Shown: piece after piece, positions 45,475 through 52,020 of the stretch
Position numbering within the stretch: position 1 is the stretch's first letter
How the letters are laid out: each line of letters begins with the position of its first letter
IMG/VR virus record: IMGVR_UViG_3300020044_008512
Coordinates: 1-52,020 of that record
DNA from: a virus
Lineage: Duplodnaviria > Caudoviricetes
DNA: 52,020 nt
Direction: 5' to 3' (one strand)
Program-made: the position numbers and the translations under genes
Notes under the pieces: generated by a model
What the model was told of the DNA's origin: nothing
Databases searched by the model: none
The model's input: only the letters and a program-made list of their open reading frames with translations

Positions 45475-46716
45475 ATGGCCGAAGAATCAATCATTGAAAC
45501 AGCAACCGCTCCCGCAATGGAAACGGGAAGCCTGAACCAGCCGATGGAGCTGAAAGTGTCAGAAATGGTGGCACCTTCTCCTGAAGCTCCTGCCGCGCCT
45601 GTTAAAAAAGGCAGCGCAAAAGAAAGCATTTTTGCCGAGCTTCGTAAGAAGTTTGGCGGTGAAGAACCTGCTCCTGCCGCTCCCGCAAAAGAAGAAGCTG
45701 AGGAAACGGAAGCGCCAGAAGTTGCCGAAGAAAAATCCAAGCCTGCCGAGCAGAAGCCTGCTGACAAAAAGAAAGTCAGCCCTTGGAAAATGGTTGAGGA
45801 ATACAAAACCAAAATCAAAGAGTACGAGGCCAAGCTTGCGCAAACTGGTGCAAAAGAACCTGCTCCCGAAAAGCTCAAAGAGTACGAAGAAAAGCTTACA
45901 GCCGCCGAAAAGCGCCGTATGGAGCTTGAGCAAGAAATTCAATTTGTAAACTTCCAAAAGTCCGAGAAGTTTCAAAAAGAATATCAACAGCCTTACGAAG
46001 CGGCTTGGTCAAAAGCCATGACCGACTTATCAGAAATCACTGTTCTTGATGGTGATTCTGAACGTCCGCTTGAAGCAAAGGATGTGCTTGAGCTGGTCAA
46101 CATGCCGCTTCGCGAAGCCAAAGCGCTTGCCGAAGAGAAGTTTGGTGACTTTGCCAACGAAGTGATGAGCCATCGCAAAGACATTCGCACGCTGTTTGAA
46201 AAGCAAACCCAAGCGATTGAGGCTGCGAAAAAAGAAGGGCTGGAACATTTCCAGAAACAAGCTGAAGCACAAAAACAAGAATATGGAAAAGTCACAGAAG
46301 AAATCAAAAAAGTGTGGGCCGACGCAAACCAGTCGGCAGTTGCGGACGAAAAATACGGAGCCTACTTTAAACCCGCTGAGGGCGACACTGAAGGCAATCA
46401 AAGGCTGGCTAAAGGTTTCGAGCTTGCTGACAGGGCTTTCTCTGAAAATCCTTTGGCTCCTGGCCTCACGCCGGAGCAACGCCGCTCAATCGTGCAGCGC
46501 CACGCGGCAGTGCGAAACCGCTGCGCAGCGTTTGGACGGCTTGCGTATCAAGTCAGCAACTATCAAAAACAAATTGCCGAGCTTAATCAAAAGCTCAAAT
46601 CCTATCAGTCTTCCGAGCCCGAAACGGGTGGTAGCAAGCCAGCGGCGGCGGCTTCCAAAGGCCGAGGCTCCGCTTGGGATTCAATCCGAGCAGACCTAGC
46701 TCGTCGGGCAAAATAA
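45475..46716 (+). CDS. Capsid scaffolding protein
   Basis: E/K/A-rich coiled coil directly upstream of the capsid gene. Confidence 0.7.
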   Translation: MAEESIIETATAPAMETGSLNQPMELKVSEMVAPSPEAPAAPVKKGSAKESIFAELRKKFGGEEPAPAAPAKEEAEETEAPEVAEEKSKPAEQKPADKKKVSPWKMVEEYKTKIKEYEAKLAQTGAKEPAPEKLKEYEEKLTAAEKRRMELEQEIQFVNFQKSEKFQKEYQQPYEAAWSKAMTDLSEITVLDGDSERPLEAKDVLELVNMPLREAKALAEEKFGDFANEVMSHRKDIRTLFEKQTQAIEAAKKEGLEHFQKQAEAQKQEYGKVTEEIKKVWADANQSAVADEKYGAYFKPAEGDTEGNQRLAKGFELADRAFSENPLAPGLTPEQRRSIVQRHAAVRNRCAAFGRLAYQVSNYQKQIAELNQKLKSYQSSEPETGGSKPAAAASKGRGSAWDSIRADLARRAK

Positions 46717-46729
46717 GATTGCCAACAGA

Positions 46730-46760
46730 AACCCCCTTAGAAATAAGGGGGTTTTTTATT
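46730..46760 (+). terminator. Intrinsic terminator after the scaffold gene
   Basis: AACCCCCTTA-GAAA-TAAGGGGGTT + TTTTATT. Confidence 0.8.
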
Positions 46761-46788
46761 TGACATGTATTAGAGTTTGTAATACTGC
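46760..46788 (+). promoter_or_regulatory. Candidate capsid promoter (TTGACA-N11-TTGTAATA)
   Basis: Same spacing and motif as the promoter at 44823. Confidence 0.5.
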
Positions 46789-46985
46789 TTATAAGTCCTT
46801 GGGGCGCGAGCCTCAGAAGAATCTCTCCTCTTAGGGCGCTGGAGAGCAGTCTGGCCGCTGGTGAAATACCCAGCAATGGAAGATGGCCGCTCCAAAACGC
46901 AGTTAAAACTAACAGCGGAAGATTGCTCTCGACGTGTGCCGATATCAAGTCTTCCAAAAACGCGGTAATAAACTAATTAAAATAT

Positions 46986-48560
46986 ATGGCTTGTGCTCAA
47001 TCTATTATCCAGTCCTGCGATTTTCCGCAGTTTCTGGTCGACCAAACCCCTAAATTTGACGAGCTCATCATGGAGGACATTCGTCCGAGTGATGGCTGGC
47101 TCTTGAACGTTTCTACTGGCACCGTTCCTACTGGTACGCCCGTTGAAATCACTCAGGACCGCTTCCGTCATGTGTTCCCCAACACCACCAAGTCTTGGCG
47201 TAAAGTGAACGCCAATGGCGCTGGTTGCTTTGCTCAGGGTCCGTGCGACCCGCAGGAGCACCAGATTGGCTGGGGCGCTGACCGTCTCACATACTTTGCG
47301 GAAGCTCAGGAATGGGCCACACCGCTGTTGTGCTACGACCAGGACATGCACATTTCTCACGCTGAACAGCACATCTCGCAGATTGTTAACGAGATTCTGC
47401 GTCCGGCAACCACGTCCATCTCCAGCAACTTCCTTCGGAAGCGCGCTCTGGCTTGGGCGAAAAAGAAATGGGTGGCTAACAAGTATCAGCCTTCCTTCAC
47501 CTACACTTGGACGCTTGGTGGCCCGAACAGCGACGAAGAGATTTACTTCGATTGCAACGTGGCTCCTGGCAACGTTTACCTGCTCGTCCCGCAGATGCTT
47601 CAGGCTCGCTTCTCCGAGCTGATGCGCCGTGGTTATGGCGGCAAGAATCCGTTTGTGGAAACCGCTCCCTTCGTTGAGCTGGTGACTGACATGGATACCT
47701 GCTGGTCTCTGGACAAGCTGGGCGGCAGCGCTGGCGTTGGCGGCACTCCCTCGGTGTCTGGCAACTGGCGCTTCACGGAATTCAGCGCGGCCAATGCTTA
47801 TTGGCGCTATGGGTTCTCCGGCCAGGTTGGCAACTTCATGGTGCGCGTTGACGAAATGGGCCTCCGTTTCAACTTCGTGTATGACCTTGGCAACATTGCC
47901 AGCGGCAATCGTTACCGCTATCAGGTCGTGCTGCCGTTCCGTAACGGTATCACCACGGGTGCGGGTGGCGCTTCTGGTCTGGGTTCCGATGCGAATCCCG
48001 ACTTCGACAAGGCGCAGTACAGCATCAGCTTCATCTGGCACAAGAAAGCCATGGAGCTGCTTGTTCCCACTGCTGGTGCCATGAACAACGAAACTCCGTT
48101 TGGTCATCGCGACTTCGGTGGCAAATGGCAGTTCGTCATGGACAACCTTGGCGCTGACAGCAATGGCAACGTCATCGGCAACAAACGTCGTAACAAAGGT
48201 CAGTTTATCGCTGACTTCCGTTACTATGTCCGTCCGCTGCATACTGAGTTCGCGGAAGCCATCTTCCACAAACGTCAGCAGTTCGGGATTCCCGAAATCG
48301 CCACGAGCCAAATCGACCCTGGCTATCCTGCTCAGGAATACAACAGCTCCTTGCCCACCTGTCCGTTGGGTGGCACTGGCAGCTGGCCGAGCACGGTCAC
48401 GGCGATTCCGACCATCGGAAGCGTGTCGTTCCCGCAAATCCTCACGGATACGTTCGAGTTCGTGCCGAATACGAACCCGCCGAGCGTCACCGCGCCTTCC
48501 GGCTCTCTGACCATCCGTCAGGCGAGCTTCCCGAATGGCACGGGTCTCGTGGACGCGTAA
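46986..48560 (+). CDS. Major capsid protein
   Basis: 524 aa; strong C/T-ending codon bias; follows the scaffold; own promoter and downstream hairpin. Confidence 0.75.
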   Translation: MACAQSIIQSCDFPQFLVDQTPKFDELIMEDIRPSDGWLLNVSTGTVPTGTPVEITQDRFRHVFPNTTKSWRKVNANGAGCFAQGPCDPQEHQIGWGADRLTYFAEAQEWATPLLCYDQDMHISHAEQHISQIVNEILRPATTSISSNFLRKRALAWAKKKWVANKYQPSFTYTWTLGGPNSDEEIYFDCNVAPGNVYLLVPQMLQARFSELMRRGYGGKNPFVETAPFVELVTDMDTCWSLDKLGGSAGVGGTPSVSGNWRFTEFSAANAYWRYGFSGQVGNFMVRVDEMGLRFNFVYDLGNIASGNRYRYQVVLPFRNGITTGAGGASGLGSDANPDFDKAQYSISFIWHKKAMELLVPTAGAMNNETPFGHRDFGGKWQFVMDNLGADSNGNVIGNKRRNKGQFIADFRYYVRPLHTEFAEAIFHKRQQFGIPEIATSQIDPGYPAQEYNSSLPTCPLGGTGSWPSTVTAIPTIGSVSFPQILTDTFEFVPNTNPPSVTAPSGSLTIRQASFPNGTGLVDA

Positions 48561-48573
48561 CGAGTACTTGCAA

Positions 48574-48614
48574 GAGCGCCTGCCCTGGAGTAGTCTGGGG
48601 CAGGCGTTCCTTTA
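48574..48614 (+). terminator. Strong hairpin after the capsid gene (weak U-tract)
   Basis: GAGCGCCTGCCCTGGA-GTAG-TCTGGGGCAGGCGTTC then CTTTA. Confidence 0.6.
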
Positions 48615-48641
48615 CAGAACAACAATTAATAAAAAGATATT

Positions 48642-48920
48642 ATGGAAGAAGGCCAGGACTTATACGGAGATGCGGATTCGATGCCGTCAGAAGGCGGCGC
48701 TGAAAAATCTTCGGGCGGCAATACCGCTATGATTAACAAGGAAGTTTGCGGTGGCAAAGAATACAAGGCTGGCGACGAGATTCGTCTGCGTATTGTTAAA
48801 GACCACGGCAACGAGCTTGAAGTCGAGTGCACTGGCTCTGAGGAGTCGGAAGAACCTTCTGAATCGTACAGCGCGCCCGAGGGCGACAGCGGCGAAATGC
48901 AATCAATGCTTGGAGACTAA
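48642..48920 (+). CDS. Small acidic hypothetical protein
   Basis: 92 aa; KAGDEIRLRIV beta core. Confidence 0.65.
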   Translation: MEEGQDLYGDADSMPSEGGAEKSSGGNTAMINKEVCGGKEYKAGDEIRLRIVKDHGNELEVECTGSEESEEPSESYSAPEGDSGEMQSMLGD

Positions 48921-48922
48921 CC

Positions 48923-49297
48923 ATGGCGCTTGATTACCAATCTTTAGTAAATACAGTAGCTGACTACAATGGGAGCGGCAACGTCACAGGGGCGATGCTG
49001 CTTAAGTTGGCACTGCTGAAAAGTATAGCTGCAAAAATTGCACCATCTATGGCAACAGATTATCAAACACTTCTTTCCGACCCGAATGTCGCTGGATATT
49101 TGGGAACGTCAAACGCGAGCCTTGCCGAAGGTCTTGAGATGGCATTGCTTCAAATCATTGCCAATGCGGCTGGCGCAGGCGGCGCAACGACTGGCGCTGG
49201 TGCTCCTTCTGGAACATCGACTGCTGGCTCTTTCTACCTGAACACGACCGACAACACACTATGGGTTTACAATGGAACTTGGAGAATGCTTGTATGA
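48923..49297 (+). CDS. Putative virion decoration/fibre protein
   Basis: C-terminal GAGAPSG...GSFYLNTTDNTLWVYNGTW module common in fibres. Confidence 0.6.
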   Translation: MALDYQSLVNTVADYNGSGNVTGAMLLKLALLKSIAAKIAPSMATDYQTLLSDPNVAGYLGTSNASLAEGLEMALLQIIANAAGAGGATTGAGAPSGTSTAGSFYLNTTDNTLWVYNGTWRMLV

Positions 49298-49842
49298 AAT
49301 ATATTTTGCCGTTTCTTTTGCTTTTGTCGCAATTTGCTTTTGCAGGAAATAGTCCTGTATTGCAAAACCAGTTTACGACTAACGCGGCAGGAACAACGCT
49401 TGGCACAATCACAGCAACCAATTTTAATGGTTCTGGAAGCGGCACAAACATTTTTGACATTACATTGTTTACCAATGGACTTAGTTCGTACACATCTGCC
49501 ATTGACACAAATACGGCCCCTATTTATACGTCTAGCAATCCCACAAACTCATACGCAATTCAAACGCTTTATACCAATTCTGGACAGCGCTGTTTGCTTG
49601 TCGGTTCCGTTGTGCTTCCTGCTGTAAGTGCTGGCGGCGGTTCCGGTTGTGTGTTGCGCTACACAAATAACGGCGTAGGCTACGCGCTCCAGTTTGGACT
49701 TGCTCACGCAAACGGGTCATCTGGCACAACCTACAAGCCTTTTTGTGTTCCAATGAGCGCTGGTGCCACATTTAAGTTTGAAACGAATGCTACTCTTTCC
49801 GCCGGAGTAAATGTTACAAATGTTGTGTGCTGGCGTTTATGA
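49294..49842 (+). CDS. Fibre-like protein with signal peptide
   Basis: MKYILPFLLLLSQFAFA; ITATNFNGSGSG fibre-like motif. Confidence 0.6.
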   Translation: MKYILPFLLLLSQFAFAGNSPVLQNQFTTNAAGTTLGTITATNFNGSGSGTNIFDITLFTNGLSSYTSAIDTNTAPIYTSSNPTNSYAIQTLYTNSGQRCLLVGSVVLPAVSAGGGSGCVLRYTNNGVGYALQFGLAHANGSSGTTYKPFCVPMSAGATFKFETNATLSAGVNVTNVVCWRL

Positions 49843-50645
49843 AAAAATTCCTAATTGTTTTATTGCTTTCAACCATTGCTTGCTTTGGAGGCAACAAGTT
49901 TGTTCGCGGTAAACTTGTGGATGGAATAATGGCGCTTCCGGCTCCTCCATCAAATGGACTTTTAAACAATTTAGTCGCTTATTGGAATTTTGATTCCTTT
50001 AACGGAACGCCATCTTCTGGTCCCGCAACAATTTACGATTATGGCGATGGCTCTTTTATAGGAAGCGGTCTTATTGGAGGAGGTGTAGACATGCCTCTTT
50101 GGGCAGACGTTGGATTGTTTAAAACTACAACAGGAAACATTCCATTTGAACCGTCGTACGATTATACAATAAGCGTTTGGTTTGCTCCGTATGAAAACAG
50201 GTCTGGCGGACAATATGGAACCGTGTTTCAAGTAGAGTCTCAATTTGGAGAATACATTGCCATTGGGCTTGATGAGGATAATGGAGAAGCTAGATACGGA
50301 ACGTATTCAATAGATAACGGAGAATCTGTCGGAAGTATTTCAATTCCATGGTTTGCAAATCAATGGAATCATTTTGTTTTAGTTTTTGATTCAGATTTTT
50401 TTGAATTAAGCATTTATTTAAACGGAAGTTTTGTGGATTTAGCAACAGTTCTACAATATTCGTATTATGGAACTCTTGCAGATGTAAATGTTTTGGGCGA
50501 CGCACTCTCTGGATTATATGGTTTTGGAAGCTCTTATGGAAAATCTGATGAAATTGGAATGTGGCAGCGAAAATTAACTTTTGACCAAATTACAAAACTT
50601 TACAATTCTGGTGCCGGTTATCCATTTAGTTCGTTTAATAATTAA
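49839..50645 (+). CDS. LamG/concanavalin A-like lectin-domain protein with signal peptide
   Basis: LVAYWNFD, YTISVWF, NQWNHFVLVFD, IYLNG, DEIGMWQRKLT..QI..LYN. Confidence 0.8.
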   Translation: MKKFLIVLLLSTIACFGGNKFVRGKLVDGIMALPAPPSNGLLNNLVAYWNFDSFNGTPSSGPATIYDYGDGSFIGSGLIGGGVDMPLWADVGLFKTTTGNIPFEPSYDYTISVWFAPYENRSGGQYGTVFQVESQFGEYIAIGLDEDNGEARYGTYSIDNGESVGSISIPWFANQWNHFVLVFDSDFFELSIYLNGSFVDLATVLQYSYYGTLADVNVLGDALSGLYGFGSSYGKSDEIGMWQRKLTFDQITKLYNSGAGYPFSSFNN

Positions 50646-50647
50646 TT

Positions 50648-50926
50648 ATGAAAAAATCAATGATTGCTATCGGCCTTGCTATTGCAGGGGTTATTCACGC
50701 TCAGGATGCTGTTGTTGCTCCGACAATCAATGTCACAACCAAAACAAACATAATGACTTTTGTTGAGCCTTTAAAGCTTACCAAAGAGCAAATGGCAGCA
50801 ATTATTGCAGCAGTTCAGGCAGGCGGAATTAGCGCAAACATTCCAATCACTACTGACAATTTGCACAGCGTTGTTGTTCGTAAGGGAACAAACGATGAAT
50901 TCACCGTTTACATTCAGGTAAAATGA
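50648..50926 (+). CDS. Small secreted-type hypothetical protein
   Basis: MKKSMIAIGLAIAGVIHA signal-like N-terminus. Confidence 0.6.
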   Translation: MKKSMIAIGLAIAGVIHAQDAVVAPTINVTTKTNIMTFVEPLKLTKEQMAAIIAAVQAGGISANIPITTDNLHSVVVRKGTNDEFTVYIQVK

Positions 50927-51141
50927 AAATTAACGAGTACATCACATTCATTGCCATTTGCGTTCTTTCGAGCGTAGTGGTTTGCGTTGTTGCTACTCTT
51001 ATGATTGGGCTGTTCTCTGAAAAAGTAGACAATACAGAGATTTTCAAAATTGTAGACCCAGCGTTCCAAACAGTAGTTGGCGCGCTTGTTGGAATTGTCT
51101 GTGGCAGAATGTCTGTCACAGCATCAAAAGAAGACAAATAG
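50923..51141 (+). CDS. Two-TM membrane protein
   Basis: Two hydrophobic helices; PAFQTVVGALVG. Confidence 0.6.
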   Translation: MKINEYITFIAICVLSSVVVCVVATLMIGLFSEKVDNTEIFKIVDPAFQTVVGALVGIVCGRMSVTASKEDK

Positions 51142-51142
51142 T

Positions 51143-51337
51143 ATGCACAACGCAGACACAAAAGGGCTTTTAGGTCTGTCAACAACGCTAGGAGGATTTG
51201 TGACATCATCACTGCCACTCGTGGAAGGCTATCTAAAAATCATTGCCATGATTGTGACAATCTGCGTAGGTTGTGCTACATTCGTTTATTATTGGAAAAA
51301 GATTAAGCAAATTGACAAAGAAAACGGAGAACTATGA
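51143..51337 (+). CDS. Holin-like membrane protein
   Basis: 64 aa from ATG 51143; hydrophobic segments then a basic tail. Confidence 0.5.
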   Translation: MHNADTKGLLGLSTTLGGFVTSSLPLVEGYLKIIAMIVTICVGCATFVYYWKKIKQIDKENGEL

Positions 51338-51501
51338 ATAACTGGAAAACAACTGCAACTGGCATTATCGCAATCGCATCCGCTCTTTTAAGCGCAGCTT
51401 CTGGCATTTTGAGCGGTCACGCTGTGGACTGGACAAGCGTAATTGCAGCAGTATCAGCAGGGATTGGCCTTATTCACGCTCAGGATAGCAAGCCGCAGTG
51501 A
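51334..51501 (+). CDS. Holin-like 2-TM protein (MNNWKTTATG...AQD), not in the ORF track
   Basis: 55 aa by hand translation; ATGA overlap with the previous gene. Confidence 0.6.
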   Translation: MNNWKTTATGIIAIASALLSAASGILSGHAVDWTSVIAAVSAGIGLIHAQDSKPQ

Positions 51502-51504
51502 TTT

Positions 51505-51681
51505 ATGTGGGGTTGGCTAAAACCTCTCCTTGAGGCGCTGCTGGCATTTTTTGACAAGAAAGCCAGCGCGCCGTCTACAATAGAAAATGAAAACACTCCA
51601 GCTCCTGTCTTTGGCCGTTGGACTAATTATCTTCGTCAACAGTTGCGCGACAAGGGTGGTGGTGATAGACAGCCAAAGTGA
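51505..51681 (+). CDS. Possible i-spanin-like protein (58 aa), not in the ORF track
   Basis: Amphipathic/hydrophobic N-terminus; overlaps the lipoprotein gene out of frame. Confidence 0.4.
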   Translation: MWGWLKPLLEALLAFFDKKASAPSTIENENTPAPVFGRWTNYLRQQLRDKGGGDRQPK

Positions 51682-51802
51682 CGTTGTAAGAATTGGCAAA
51701 GGCGTTGTTGGTAGCGGTTATGTGTGGCATAACGGGCAATGGGAGCTTGTTAAGTCAATAAGATATCCAGAGGGCTGGTATGCTGGCCCAATGCAAAACT
51801 AA
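51587..51802 (+). CDS. Lipoprotein, o-spanin-like
   Basis: Signal peptide with lipobox-like FVNSC. Confidence 0.6.
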   Translation: MKTLQLLSLAVGLIIFVNSCATRVVVIDSQSDVVRIGKGVVGSGYVWHNGQWELVKSIRYPEGWYAGPMQN

Positions 51803-51808
51803 TAAATT

Positions 51809-52020
51809 GTGAAAACATCAGGACTATTTACGGTCCACGGCCATGTCGTTCCGTTTAAATACGGAGTTCCTTTCAAAATCATCTTCTTCGGAGACGTCCA
51901 CAGAGACTCTCTAGACCATGCTGACGGCAAGTGGCAGCGTTTTCTTGAATACGCCAAAAAGCAGAAGAACGCTTACTTCTTTGGGATGGGCGATTATCTG
52001 GATAGCACCAGCACCAGCGA
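51809..52020 (+). CDS. Metallophosphoesterase 5' part (continues at position 1)
   Basis: GTG start; MKTSGLF...IIFFGDVHRD in frame with ORF 87-791. Confidence 0.8.
   Translation, partial: MKTSGLFTVHGHVVPFKYGVPFKIIFFGDVHRDSLDHADGKWQRFLEYAKKQKNAYFFGMGDYLDSTSTS

Noticed and set aside
46977-48437. 486-aa antisense ORF opposite the capsid gene (and similar shadow ORFs over portal, scaffold and JAB)
   Set aside because: Explained by codon bias of the sense gene; no motifs or start context
51900-52020. 121-bp terminal repeat as a biological DTR
   Set aside because: It falls mid-gene and its length is typical of an assembler k-mer overlap, so it indicates circularity only
1-52020. tRNA genes, integrase, reverse transcriptase/DGR, introns or inteins
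   Set aside because: None recognised by eye; tRNAscan-SE and HMM searches would be needed to exclude them fully

Overview
The window looks like one complete, circularly assembled genome (about 51.9 kb; bases 1-121 are repeated at 51900-52020) of a podovirus-like tailed dsDNA phage. There is no tape-measure or sheath gene. Instead there are portal, scaffold, major capsid, adaptor and nozzle genes plus ejection-type proteins, including a 3181-aa polyvalent protein. Shine-Dalgarno motifs are not evident, which suggests a Verrucomicrobiota- or Bacteroidota-type host (inference). A + strand arm (36738 through the origin to 21182) carries glycosyl/methyltransferase, head, lysis and tail genes, with terL inverted inside it. 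A - strand arm (36650 to 21166) carries early and replication genes: SSB, RecT, Cas4-like nuclease, ParB-like protein, SF2 helicase and primase. The most striking element is a compact phage-encoded ubiquitin-like conjugation operon at 28638-32460: Ubl, terminator, E2, unknown, E1/ThiF, unknown, JAB peptidase. Its Ubl ends in ...ANSKA rather than Gly. Other notable items are a 7-fold P-[FLM]-[AS]-x-G-R motif that delimits modules (two of them ADP-ribosyltransferase-like) in the giant protein, an ATP-grasp ligase plus peptidase-like pair in the head module, a split FnIII-decorated nozzle gene, and virion-region genes with signal peptides. All family calls are by-eye motif recognition. No database search was run and novelty is unverified.
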